Origin: Arenicellales bacterium
Lineage (GTDB): Bacteria; Pseudomonadota; Gammaproteobacteria; Arenicellales; JAHEKD01
DNA length: 64,000 nt
Direction: 5' to 3'
NCBI GenBank assembly: GCA_028284225.1
Contig: JANQSD010000022.1
Span: 163,777 to 227,776 of the forward strand
A model generated the notes under the pieces. It saw only the letters and a list, made by a program, of their open reading frames with translations, was not told the DNA's origin and ran no database searches. Positions 1 to 9,377 of the stretch are shown here, piece by piece. Positions within the stretch are counted from its first letter, which is position 1. Every line of letters begins with the position of its first letter. The position numbers and the translations under genes are program-made.

Positions 1-354
1 CGTCCATACGCTGGCATCGTCATTAGTTTCCCAGCTCTCTGCTAACTCTGGGACAAGGACATCCTCATTACTGAGTTGTGTAAGACAATTACGAAGTCCA
101 TATCCAAGCGTTTGCATATATGACTCGAAAAATGTTGCAGGGTCGAGTACGTCAGATGTTGCGCCACCACCAATAGCCATTCGAAAGTTTCCGCCTTTTT
201 TAGGGCTCATTGCGAGTACCTCCGTAGACCATACCGAAGATGCTGTAGCAATGGTGGCTCCTGTCGCCAGCATGCCTTGCATAAATTCTCGGCGCGATAA
301 CTTGCCGTTTTTGGCTAGCTTACTCAAATAATTTTGATGAAGTCTATTTTGCAT
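1..354 (-). CDS. ABC transporter substrate-binding protein, family 5 (peptide/nickel/opine type), first 118 codons; the gene runs off the left edge
   Basis: Absent from the ORF track because it is truncated. My translation from ATG at 354: MQNRLHQNYLSKLAKNGKLSRREFMQGMLATGATIATASSVWS...SPKKGGNFRMAIGGG. It has an SRREF twin-arginine signal and an obvious paralogous N-terminus to 25151..26767. Confidence 0.75.
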   Translation of the reverse strand, partial: MQNRLHQNYLSKLAKNGKLSRREFMQGMLATGATIATASSVWSTEVLAMSPKKGGNFRMAIGGGATSDVLDPATFFESYMQTLGYGLRNCLTQLSNEDVLVPELAESWETNDDASVWT

Positions 355-417
355 ATCTACCTCCGTGATGCATGATTTAATAAGTTGATGATTGAAATAA
401 AATTTGATTTTAGCTAT

Positions 418-436
418 AGTTCCGTAATATGAAACT
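418..436. promoter_or_regulatory. Candidate operator box, copy 1 (AGTTCCGTAATATGAAACT), in the divergent region between the binding-protein gene and iclR
   Basis: Its reverse complement AGTTTCATATTACGGAACT matches 5433..5451 at 17 of 19 positions. It is a partial palindrome. Confidence 0.45.
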
Positions 437-509
437 ATATTGCAGCAATATAAAACAGTAGCAGATTCGGATTGTTACGTCAATAACCCGATAAATATGG
501 AGAAATTAA

Positions 510-1280
510 ATGCAACAAAGCTCGATTATTGAAAAATCAATTGTGTTACTAGATGTTTTAGGTGATGTAAGCCGTCCGCTTACTTTCACTGAGATTGTGA
601 AAGCCAGCGATTTCAATAAGAGCACAGTACATCGATTGTTATCAATACTTACTCGCCAAGGGCTGATTAACTATAACGAAGCGGCTAAAACCTATATGCT
701 GGGTCATAAATTATTGCAGTTTGCAAGAAAGGCCTGGAGAGGGTTTGATTTACAAACACTGGCATTGGATGAGATGTTGCAGCTAAATGCGCTCAGTGGT
801 GAAAATGTTTCAATAGGTATGCTAACCGGTAATGAAGTCATGCACTTGCGCATGATTGAATCTCAACATGCCTGGGGTATAGTACATCCGCCTGTGTTTA
901 ATGAACCGGCCTATACGACAGCTACGGGGAAAGCTATTCTGGCCTTTTTGTCCACTAAGATATTTGATAACTGGCTGGATCAATGTGAGTTTAAGCGTCG
1001 AACTAAATGGTCAATCATTGAACGGGAATTATTTTTAAAAGAAATGAAAAGGATTCGTAAACGGGGTTATGCAACCTGTGATCGGGAGGACATGGATTAT
1101 ATAGTCGGCATTGCAGCACCTGTTTTTAATTTTCTCAACGAACCGATTGCTGCTATAAATATCTGGGCACCCACCAACCGATGTTCAGTTAAAAATCTGA
1201 CTCGCTGGTCCGATGAAATAGTTGCTGCAGCTGCTCGTATCTCAAAACTAATCGGCAGTAATCAATATCAACGGATCTAG
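510..1280 (+). CDS. IclR family transcriptional regulator
   Basis: N-terminal wHTH (LTFTEIVKASDFNKSTVHRLLSILTRQGLI) plus an IclR-type effector domain. GGAG lies 8 nt upstream of the ATG. Confidence 0.85.
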   Translation: MQQSSIIEKSIVLLDVLGDVSRPLTFTEIVKASDFNKSTVHRLLSILTRQGLINYNEAAKTYMLGHKLLQFARKAWRGFDLQTLALDEMLQLNALSGENVSIGMLTGNEVMHLRMIESQHAWGIVHPPVFNEPAYTTATGKAILAFLSTKIFDNWLDQCEFKRRTKWSIIERELFLKEMKRIRKRGYATCDREDMDYIVGIAAPVFNFLNEPIAAINIWAPTNRCSVKNLTRWSDEIVAAAARISKLIGSNQYQRI

Positions 1281-1307
1281 GCTAAAACTGAGTAGCTTGC
1301 CTGAGAC

Positions 1308-2600
1308 TTAAGCACGATTAACCTCACGTTTGTCTTTGCTTCGCATCCACCACATCACTGTTTTTGCACCAAGCTTATAAAATGAGTGAAATGGGTAGGT
1401 TTTTACACGAGTAGTTGGAAAGGGTGAATCAGCCGCAGATTTTCCCAGCACGCGTTCAGCTAGAATGCGTCCCATTACATTGCCCATAGCAACGCCACGA
1501 CCGTTGTAACCCAAACCGGCAAATATTGCCGGTTCTGGCTCGTGCAAATGAGGTAAATGGTCGTGAGTAACCGCAATATGCCCGCCCCAATGAAATTCCC
1601 AATCGACGCTGGCTAAAACCGGATACATACGAGCAGCTTCTTCTTTTAGTTCACTAAATGCTTTTAAATCACCACGTTGACTCAATCGACCCAGGCTGCC
1701 CAATAAAATTCGATTATCGGGTTCGCGACGACCATAAACGATCGTTCGTCGTGTATCCGAAAGGGTGCGCCCATTGGGTAAAATCGAACTAATCAAGTCC
1801 TCATTCAGTCTTGAACTTGCCATTTGAATGGAGACCAGGGGAATAATTGATTTAGCGAGTTTAGGAATTAAAGCGTCACTATAACCATTAGTACAAACTA
1901 GAACAGTTGTGGCACTGACTTTTCCGCTCGTTGTAGCAATCTGCCATTTATCCTTCTTTTTAGTATAAGAAATTGCCGGACTATGAGTGTAGATGACTGC
2001 ACCGGCTTCGATTGCACATTTAGCCAATCCGCGTGCGTAAGATAATGGGTGAATAGCACCGCCTTTGGGGATCAGTGTTGCCGACTGGAACGCTGTTGAA
2101 CCGGTCTCATAGTGTAATTGTTCGCCTTCCAGATATTGAATCTCAATGCCATATTCGCTCCAGGCCTTTGCAGTAGCGCGAGAAGCCTGCCGAGCTTGCG
2201 AATAGTGGTCAACTCTAAGCCAGCCGTTTTGCCTGGCCTGACAATCGATTTCATATTTATCAATTATGTCAAAAAGCTCATCAGCGCTGCCCAGCATGGT
2301 TTGCGCGATACGATCCAAATATTTAGAGCCCAGGTGCTTTTCTATGGTTGCAGGAGTGTTTTCCGGGGGTAGCGGGTTGACTTGGCCGCCATTTCGTCCA
2401 GATGCACCCCAGGCAATTTTATTCGCTTCTAACACCACAACTGTTTGCCCTGCTTCTGCGAGCAATAAAGCTGCTCTTAGGCCGGTAAAACCTGCTCCGA
2501 TAATAACGGTGTCTACATTGATACTACCCTGTAGCTGAACAGTTACGGGCTCGGCGATGGCATTACTTGCCCAAAGCGAATTTACAGTTTCATTAATCAT
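1308..2600 (-). CDS. FAD-dependent oxidoreductase (DAO family, PuuB/OrdL-like amine oxidoreductase)
   Basis: Dinucleotide fold VIIGAGFTGLRAALLLAEAG followed by WGASGRNGGQV. Length is 430 aa. Confidence 0.8.
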   Translation of the reverse strand: MINETVNSLWASNAIAEPVTVQLQGSINVDTVIIGAGFTGLRAALLLAEAGQTVVVLEANKIAWGASGRNGGQVNPLPPENTPATIEKHLGSKYLDRIAQTMLGSADELFDIIDKYEIDCQARQNGWLRVDHYSQARQASRATAKAWSEYGIEIQYLEGEQLHYETGSTAFQSATLIPKGGAIHPLSYARGLAKCAIEAGAVIYTHSPAISYTKKKDKWQIATTSGKVSATTVLVCTNGYSDALIPKLAKSIIPLVSIQMASSRLNEDLISSILPNGRTLSDTRRTIVYGRREPDNRILLGSLGRLSQRGDLKAFSELKEEAARMYPVLASVDWEFHWGGHIAVTHDHLPHLHEPEPAIFAGLGYNGRGVAMGNVMGRILAERVLGKSAADSPFPTTRVKTYPFHSFYKLGAKTVMWWMRSKDKREVNRA

Positions 2601-2629
2601 CTAACGGTACTCGTTCCATAACGTTCTAG

Positions 2630-3862
2630 TCACATTTCTACCGACGGCGTGATGTAGCCCTTGGAGTAAGTATCAATAATCATTTTTAGGCATTCACTTT
2701 GCGATAGATCATTACTAAATCGTGAAGGATGGACTATAGGCAAATCATAGGGTTGTTCACCGGAAACTATCCAATTAGCTAAGAAATCTCCGGCACCGCC
2801 GCCAGTGCCAATCCCTACGCAAAATCCAGTGGCTAACCATAATCCCGGATGACTTAGCACGGGCCCAAGTAAAGGGCAGCCATCGGGCGTATAGCAAATT
2901 GGGCCGTTATTGACAGCCTTGATCCCGGCTTTTGCAAAGGTTGGGATGCGCTCGATGACTCTAACAAGATGAGGTTCAAGCCGGTCCAGATCAGGAATCA
3001 ACAGTTCTTCGGCAAAGTCTTCAGGAATACCCTCGACAGCCCAGGGCACAGGACTAGACTCATAAACGCCGCATAGAAACCCATTAGCTTCTTGTCGCGT
3101 GTTCGATGGTGCGTAGGGATCTCTAACAGTCGGAACTTCATGATCCAGCGCCTCAAGTTCTGCTATATCACCAGTAATAACCTCGTGATGCTCCAGGGCA
3201 TAAAGTGGCAGGTTCAAACCCAGGGGCAAAACTATTTCTCTGGCCCAAAAACTGTTGGCCAGTACGACTTGCTCAGCAAACACCTCGATTTCTTTAGTGA
3301 TCACTGACCATTTTCCATCGTTACATCGATCAATTTTCATAACCGGACACTGACGTTTGATCTCGGCGCCCATTGATCGGGCCGCTTTGGCTAAAGCATG
3401 AGTTGCGCCTGATGCGTCAACATGTCCATCGGTTGGAGTATGGGCAGCACCATAAAGTCCATCAGTGACCAACAGCGGGTGAATGTCTTTTATTTGGTCT
3501 GGACTGACTACCTGGTAAGATACATTTAATGCTTCATACATGGGTATCAGTTTTCTGTAGGCATCCAGCTCAGCTTGTGTTGTGGCAAGCCGTAGGCTGC
3601 CGGCATCATGGAAACTCACTGACTGTCCGGATAGTGCCTGTGCCTCTAAATAATTCTTGATTGAATCAGTAAAAAGACGGGTAATGCTGGCGTAATGGCC
3701 AAAATAAGTGGTATTGCCGGCAGCATGCCAGGTTGAGCCAGAGGTCAATTCTCTTTTTTCAAGCAGTAATGTATCGGTGCAGCCGAGTTTAGCCAGTGCA
3801 TAAAGCACACTGCAGCCTACAATACCACCGCCAATGACAGCTACTTGGACATGCTTAGTCAT
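2630..3862 (-). CDS. FAD-dependent oxidoreductase: flavin domain of the dimethylglycine/sarcosine dehydrogenase type, without the C-terminal folate-binding domain
   Basis: VAVIGGGIVGCS dinucleotide fold and SGSTWHAAG (the covalent-flavin His context of DMGDH/SARDH). It is only 410 aa. Its start overlaps the stop of the upstream MttB-like gene by 4 nt. Confidence 0.75.
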   Translation of the reverse strand: MTKHVQVAVIGGGIVGCSVLYALAKLGCTDTLLLEKRELTSGSTWHAAGNTTYFGHYASITRLFTDSIKNYLEAQALSGQSVSFHDAGSLRLATTQAELDAYRKLIPMYEALNVSYQVVSPDQIKDIHPLLVTDGLYGAAHTPTDGHVDASGATHALAKAARSMGAEIKRQCPVMKIDRCNDGKWSVITKEIEVFAEQVVLANSFWAREIVLPLGLNLPLYALEHHEVITGDIAELEALDHEVPTVRDPYAPSNTRQEANGFLCGVYESSPVPWAVEGIPEDFAEELLIPDLDRLEPHLVRVIERIPTFAKAGIKAVNNGPICYTPDGCPLLGPVLSHPGLWLATGFCVGIGTGGGAGDFLANWIVSGEQPYDLPIVHPSRFSNDLSQSECLKMIIDTYSKGYITPSVEM

Positions 3863-5415
3863 GCAGGGCTGGTCGTTACGCCCGGTTTGGGTAACTTAAT
3901 AGGAAAATGGTTGCGAATGTAATCGTCGGTTGTGCTGTCGATATAGTCTGGATAATGTTGAGAAAGGATTTGTTTGGCACGTTCAGTGGCCCTGTCCCAT
4001 GCATCTTTTGCACCAGTATCATGCCAGTCATCCGGGCTCAGGCGATCAGCCTGACGTGGGTACACATATTCGCTTTCCATCAGTTCCAGTGTTTGTGAAT
4101 GGCCCAAAAAGTGGCCGGGTCCGTCCACTGTATCAGCAACAACGGATACAGATAATGTTGCATCATTCACCTCTATACCTTTGGCAATTCGATGGATATT
4201 AGAAAGCATGTCGTCATCGATGATCATGGCCTCTATGGAACAGCCCAACAGGCTGGATAACATACCGACGGATTCGTAAACAAAGCCACCGCCTGATAAA
4301 GCTGCCGACATAATGGTTAGTGCTTTTTCAAAGCCGGCCTGATTGTCAGGGACTTTTGAATCGGACATGCCCGCGCCTACCCCGCCGGGGATGCCGTAAA
4401 ATGCTGACATTTGCCCAGACGCAGCACCTAAGAGTGCCTGTTCGCCACCACCACCGGTAAAGGCACCGGTTCTTAAATCAGAAATAAATGTCCAGTTACT
4501 TAGAATTACAGGATGGCCGGGTTTAAGCATATTGATGACACACATTGAGCCTAAACTTTCAGCACAACCTTGAACCAGTGTGCCGGCCAGGGCCGCTGGA
4601 GCAGTTGCGCCAGCCTGAGGTCCGGTAAGTACATTAACCGGCATGCCTGCATCTACTGCCGCACAAGCTACATCCAGGCTTTCTCCGGCAAAAGTCATAG
4701 GTGAAACGATAGTGGTAGCATGAGCTGTACAATAAGGTCGTTCAGAGAATGCTTGTTTTCCTTTAGACAGAGCTTCGAGCATTGGCAACATGTCTGTGAC
4801 ATGGTGCCCCATGGTAAAGCTGGTGGCGATATGTTTTTGTGTACCTGCTGCACAGGCGTAAATAGTGTTGATATCCAACTCAAACAAGTTTTCGATTTCT
4901 GTTGCGACAACCGGGCGTGTAAACCACTGCACATTTTCCAGGGTGTCACAAACACGTGCCAAGTCGTATAAGTCAATCAAGGTAGATGGCCGATATTTAC
5001 GCTGCTCAATATCCAGCATTAATACTGCCGCACCACCCGTGCAAAAGTTAACTTTGTTGCTGCACGCCTCAAAATCGAATGCCGGATCACGGCCATACAT
5101 AATGAACTCTTTAGCAGCCTTGTCTATCATGTCTTCCACTATTGCTCGAGGGAAGAGCAAGCGACCTTGTTGACTGATTTTGCAGCCATGGTTTAAGGCT
5201 GCTTGTTTAATACGCTCTGTGGGCTGTGCAATACCCACTTGTGCTAATAAATCCAGGGCAGCATGATGTATTCGTTTGACGTCATGATCAGATAACGGCT
5301 TAAATATGGACACCAATTCAGTACCTGGGTTCATGGTAGCTGTAATCTGATCCCGCTTGCGGTGATGTCTGGCGAGGTCTCTTGGGCTTATTGATGAATG
5401 GCGGCTTCTTGGCAT
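3859..5415 (-). CDS. MttB-superfamily methyltransferase (trimethylamine methyltransferase family, non-pyrrolysine type)
   Basis: 518-aa ORF with no internal stop. MttB-like core GPQAGATAPAALAGTLVQGCAE...GGGGEQALLGAASGQMSAFYGIPGGVGAGMSDSK. The start is uncertain (5415 or the Met at 5334). Confidence 0.8.
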   Translation of the reverse strand: MPRSRHSSISPRDLARHHRKRDQITATMNPGTELVSIFKPLSDHDVKRIHHAALDLLAQVGIAQPTERIKQAALNHGCKISQQGRLLFPRAIVEDMIDKAAKEFIMYGRDPAFDFEACSNKVNFCTGGAAVLMLDIEQRKYRPSTLIDLYDLARVCDTLENVQWFTRPVVATEIENLFELDINTIYACAAGTQKHIATSFTMGHHVTDMLPMLEALSKGKQAFSERPYCTAHATTIVSPMTFAGESLDVACAAVDAGMPVNVLTGPQAGATAPAALAGTLVQGCAESLGSMCVINMLKPGHPVILSNWTFISDLRTGAFTGGGGEQALLGAASGQMSAFYGIPGGVGAGMSDSKVPDNQAGFEKALTIMSAALSGGGFVYESVGMLSSLLGCSIEAMIIDDDMLSNIHRIAKGIEVNDATLSVSVVADTVDGPGHFLGHSQTLELMESEYVYPRQADRLSPDDWHDTGAKDAWDRATERAKQILSQHYPDYIDSTTDDYIRNHFPIKLPKPGVTTSPA

Positions 5416-5432
5416 ATCTGAGATTAGGCTAA

Positions 5433-5451
5433 AATTTCATATTACGAAACT
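5433..5451. promoter_or_regulatory. Candidate operator box, copy 2 (AATTTCATATTACGAAACT), in the divergent region between the mttB-like operon and the amidohydrolase gene
   Basis: Matches the reverse complement of 418..436 at 17 of 19 positions. It lies 18 nt upstream of the mttB-like start codon. Confidence 0.45.
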
Positions 5452-5534
5452 GACATTTAATATAATAAAACAAGCTACTGAAAAAATTCTGATTTGTCAA
5501 TATACTTAACCGTAGATTAATGAGGAGTCGCCTG

Positions 5535-7190
5535 ATGACAGAGTTAGCACTAATCAATGCAAAGATTATCACTGTTGATAAAAACGACAGTTTTCAGCAA
5601 GCTGTTCTGATTGATGGACGTCGTATCAAGGCAGTGGGAACTGATGATGAAATCATGAGCCTGGCAAGCCCAGACGCGCAGGTCGTAAATTTACAAGATC
5701 GATCTTTAGTCCCCGGTTTTATTGATGCACACAATCATTTGACCCATCAGGGTGCTGCTTTTAATGCAGTGGATTTTAGCTATCCGGCAGTCGCATCCAT
5801 AGATGACTTGCGCAAGGCAATTTCCCATGCCGTTGAATACACACAAAAGGGCAAGTGGATTCGGGGCTGGGGTCTGAATTATGAAAAGTTTGCAGATGCC
5901 CGCCAACCCACTCGTTGGGATATAGATGATATTTCACCCGAACACCCGGTTTGTGCTGTGCACGTTAGTGGACACAATGTTTTGGTTAACAGTGTTGCAC
6001 TTAATCAAGCTAATGTTTCTGATGCCACACCTGATCCGGATGGCGGCAAATTTGCTCGCGATGAGCAGGACAGGATTTCAGGCTATGCTTATGATAGTGC
6101 CCAACAACTGGTTGTTCCGACCAGCGTTAACGTAGGTCACCATGGTCCGGATATTGGCTACGATTTACCATTGGAGGAATTAGTCGACGATATTGACAGA
6201 GCATGTCAGGCTTATATCAAGGCAGGTATTACTTCAATTGTCGACCCGCAAGTCACAACACGGGAAATGCCCGGTTATATGGCAGCACGTAAGCAGGGTA
6301 AATTAACCGTAAAAGTCACGTGCATGTATTTATCCAATCATCAAGCTGCAATTAATGAGTTAGGCATTACCGATCATATCGGCAATGATCAATTGTCGAT
6401 TGGTCCGATGAAATACTATTGTGATGGTACACTAATTGGAGGCACTGCCTTGTTTTATCCCGATGAGCCGGTGCAGGAGAATGGTTGTCGCTGTCATGTT
6501 CATGATGCCGGGCGCGGGTATACGTATTGGCCGGATATTGAAGCCTTTAAAGAAACATTAATCGATACTCACGGTCGAGGTTTGCAGTTCGGCATTCACA
6601 CACAGGGCGATATGGCGTTGGATATTGTTATTGATGCAATTGAACAAGCGCAAAAACGTTTCCCTCGAGATCATGCCAGACACCGTATCGAACATTGCCA
6701 TGGTGCAACCAAAGAGCAAATAGCCAAAATAAAACAGTTAGGGATGATTCCTATCACTCAGCCGGGTCAGCTTTATGAAACAGGTGATGATTTGACACAA
6801 ATGTATGGTGAAAAACGAGCCAGATATTTTATTCCGCTTAGGGATATGATTGACGCAGGTATTCCAGCGGTAGTCAGCACTGATGCATTTGTTCAGTCCT
6901 ACAAACCGTTAGACGCTATTCACGCGGCTGTAAATCGTCGTAGCTTAACAGGTCGCGACATGGGTCAGGATCAGTCTATTTCGGTGCTCGAAGCGATTCG
7001 GGCCTATACCCATAATGCTGCCTATTCGGTTTATCAGGAAAAAAACAAAGGCTCAATTGAAGTTGGGAAGCTGGCTGATATGGCAATCATCGATACAGAT
7101 ATTTTGTCTGTTGCAACCGAAGAAATTGCCGAGCAGGATATCTACATGACGATTTCCAACGGTGAGATTGTCTACCAGAAACAACGCTGA
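5535..7190 (+). CDS. Amidohydrolase family protein (metal-dependent hydrolase, YtcJ/NfdA-like, COG1574 type)
   Basis: LVPGFIDAHNHL metal motif, and later HTQGD and RIEHC motifs. I moved the start to ATG 5535 because GAGGAG (5522-5527) sits 7 nt upstream. Confidence 0.8.
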   Translation: MTELALINAKIITVDKNDSFQQAVLIDGRRIKAVGTDDEIMSLASPDAQVVNLQDRSLVPGFIDAHNHLTHQGAAFNAVDFSYPAVASIDDLRKAISHAVEYTQKGKWIRGWGLNYEKFADARQPTRWDIDDISPEHPVCAVHVSGHNVLVNSVALNQANVSDATPDPDGGKFARDEQDRISGYAYDSAQQLVVPTSVNVGHHGPDIGYDLPLEELVDDIDRACQAYIKAGITSIVDPQVTTREMPGYMAARKQGKLTVKVTCMYLSNHQAAINELGITDHIGNDQLSIGPMKYYCDGTLIGGTALFYPDEPVQENGCRCHVHDAGRGYTYWPDIEAFKETLIDTHGRGLQFGIHTQGDMALDIVIDAIEQAQKRFPRDHARHRIEHCHGATKEQIAKIKQLGMIPITQPGQLYETGDDLTQMYGEKRARYFIPLRDMIDAGIPAVVSTDAFVQSYKPLDAIHAAVNRRSLTGRDMGQDQSISVLEAIRAYTHNAAYSVYQEKNKGSIEVGKLADMAIIDTDILSVATEEIAEQDIYMTISNGEIVYQKQR

Positions 7191-7302
7191 TAGGTGCCAT
7201 AGTGTTCATGTAGTTTGCTTTTTAACCACCAGCCGATTAAGGTTGTTATTAATCGTATTGCACGAACACTACTAATAATTGGGTTTTAAAAAGGAGGAAC
7301 CA

Positions 7303-8754
7303 ATGAAAATTCAATATGATCTGCCGGGAGACGCCAGCTATCAAAGTAAACTCTACCCGCCTGCAAGTGTGGTAGATGATCCGGTTAAAGTTTATTTTTC
7401 TACAAGCGGGGATACACTTAATAAGCCTAGAGACGTATCGCTTAAAACCCCGGAAGATGTTATTGCTCATTACACCCTCAGTTCTTTACATGCTGATGGC
7501 ATTCGAATCATTGATGGGTCGATGAAGGTACACGATAATGATGGCAGATACACCATTGCGTTTGATGTAGATGAATCAAAAAGTAACGCTGCACGTGCTC
7601 AGGATTATGCCAAGGTGCATCCGATTTTGATGGATGAAAATCACGCAGGCCAGGCCATAAATGGTGTCGAGGCCTGTAAGAAACTGCCGGGTGTCTGGAA
7701 CCCATTGTCTGGGTTTAAAGTAAATGACCATGAAGTATCTGAATGGTCACTGTTCTTACCCTTGGGTATGCCGATGGTTAATCAAAAGGCAGTGACCTTG
7801 TTGCACTATCCGCCGTCAATAGCCATGAGACATGCCGACTACCTTCATAATGTAACACTGCAGCGCTGGCAGAATTTGCTTAGCTGTGTGGGTGTATCAG
7901 AATCAGACCATTGGCTGTATGACACATTCGTTGACGTCAATCCAATAGCAGCACCGGGGTCCGGTGAAAGTGAATACCCAAATGATTATTTTCCAATTAT
8001 GCTTTCTTCAGCATTTTTTGATAGTGATTGTGTGCCCGGTCCTGATGGAAAGCCGTTATCTGCTAACTATATTCGTTCTATGTTGGAAGAGCTATTAAAC
8101 CCTCCTCGTATTAAGGAAGATAAAAGCCGCAACTATACGTTACCCTTGTTAGTTGGTGGTTCACCACTTTATGATCCGCAGGCGCCCGGCTGGTTTCGGG
8201 TTCGTTATAAGGAATTTTTGCCTACTAAACCCGAGCATGATAAACACGGTATACCGCAGGCTAATGTCATGCAGGTAGGGTTAATTAAGATTAATGAAAA
8301 CAGTGAAAAACTGACTCCTTATATGATTGTTAATCATATGATTGCCGCTGGTGTGACCGGTGCTGTTACCAGCGAAGGCGGTAAGATTCCCGATATTCGC
8401 CGTTACGAGGGAGAAGACCTGGTGGCAGCAGAATTCCTCAAACAATATGATCAGAACCCGAATATCTCACCGGAAGAAGCGAAAAAAAATGCATGCCTGA
8501 AGTGGTTCGGTAATGAGAAGGGAAATGGTGCACCTGTACCGTCTAGTGTAGAGGATAAAAAATTTCTCAGAGCCATGGCAATACGCGATTTGTTTTTTGA
8601 TGTCATCACACTGGAGCCGTTTTATAGCTGGAGCGAAGCGCTGGATAAATCGGCAGAATTTGGGGATGCGGTGTTTAAGACCAAGGCCAACCCGTTGGCC
8701 GCAAAGCATTTTGAAGCACAGCAGGTTACGCAAGTAACATGGGGTTGGAAGTAG
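7303..8754 (+). CDS. Hypothetical protein, 483 aa, no family recognised
   Basis: Long ORF with a strong AAGGAGG RBS 5 nt upstream of ATG 7303 (the track start 7279 is a TTG). No signal peptide, TM segments or cofactor motif seen. Confidence 0.6.
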   Translation: MKIQYDLPGDASYQSKLYPPASVVDDPVKVYFSTSGDTLNKPRDVSLKTPEDVIAHYTLSSLHADGIRIIDGSMKVHDNDGRYTIAFDVDESKSNAARAQDYAKVHPILMDENHAGQAINGVEACKKLPGVWNPLSGFKVNDHEVSEWSLFLPLGMPMVNQKAVTLLHYPPSIAMRHADYLHNVTLQRWQNLLSCVGVSESDHWLYDTFVDVNPIAAPGSGESEYPNDYFPIMLSSAFFDSDCVPGPDGKPLSANYIRSMLEELLNPPRIKEDKSRNYTLPLLVGGSPLYDPQAPGWFRVRYKEFLPTKPEHDKHGIPQANVMQVGLIKINENSEKLTPYMIVNHMIAAGVTGAVTSEGGKIPDIRRYEGEDLVAAEFLKQYDQNPNISPEEAKKNACLKWFGNEKGNGAPVPSSVEDKKFLRAMAIRDLFFDVITLEPFYSWSEALDKSAEFGDAVFKTKANPLAAKHFEAQQVTQVTWGWK

Positions 8755-8862
8755 TTATGGCCGTGGAGCCAAGTGATTCATTTGAGCTTGTGATAGATAT
8801 TCACATTGAATATCCATAAGCTGATGTATCATATTGGGCAACGAGTACTGATGACCTAGAAA

Positions 8863-9369
8863 ATGAATAACAAAGTGTTGCTTTATGGTTTTGGCCCTTA
8901 TGCACACTACCAGCATAATGTTACGGGTGGTATTGTTAATGCACTTACCCGGCGTCTACCAGTGAATAGTCATATTTTTGCAACCAAATTCAGCCGTATA
9001 ATGTTCCAGACCGTGCTGCAGGACTATCAGCCAGAATTCATAATAGGTCTTGGCCAGGATGCACGCGCAAAAAAAATTCGTATTGAACGGCGGGCAAAAA
9101 ATTGGCGCAAAGGTTTGATCACACCGGGTCGGCCGATATCAAAGTCCAGTCCGGAATATCGCTATGCAAGCTTAAAGGTAAAAAGCGATTCTTCTAGTAC
9201 AGTCACTTATGATGCCGGTGCTTACGTATGCAATTATTCTATGTATCTCATGTGTGAATATTGTGAAAAGACTAAGGCTAAATTTGCCTTTTTACATGTA
9301 CCGTTAAAGGTTGATGTTGACCAGTGTGCAAAATTTATTGAAGGGGTAATTAAAAATCAGTGTCATTAG
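8863..9369 (+). CDS. Pyroglutamyl-peptidase I-like cysteine peptidase (C15 family), unusually short at 168 aa
   Basis: By-eye alignment to Pcp: KVLLYGFGPY (Pcp KVLLTGFDPF), IERRAKN (catalytic Glu context), DAGAYVCNYSMY (catalytic Cys context), AFLHVP (catalytic His context). Confidence 0.6.
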   Translation: MNNKVLLYGFGPYAHYQHNVTGGIVNALTRRLPVNSHIFATKFSRIMFQTVLQDYQPEFIIGLGQDARAKKIRIERRAKNWRKGLITPGRPISKSSPEYRYASLKVKSDSSSTVTYDAGAYVCNYSMYLMCEYCEKTKAKFAFLHVPLKVDVDQCAKFIEGVIKNQCH

Positions 9370-9377
9370 TTGATCAT

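Noticed and set aside
2072-2538. Antisense and alternate-frame ORFs inside the FAD oxidoreductase gene, plus many similar ones inside other long genes throughout the track.
   Set aside because: They are embedded in genes with clear family signatures on the other strand or frame. They have no independent support.
3859-5415. A true pyrrolysine-containing trimethylamine methyltransferase.
   Set aside because: The ORF has no in-frame TAG, and I see no pyl genes in the window.
8757-8819. A 20-codon ORF (MAVEPSDSFELVIDIHIEYP) between the unknown 483-aa gene and the C15-like gene, considered as a possible small peptide or RiPP precursor.
   Set aside because: It is too short to evaluate and has only a weak GGAAG upstream. 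No recognisable maturation enzymes argue for it specifically.
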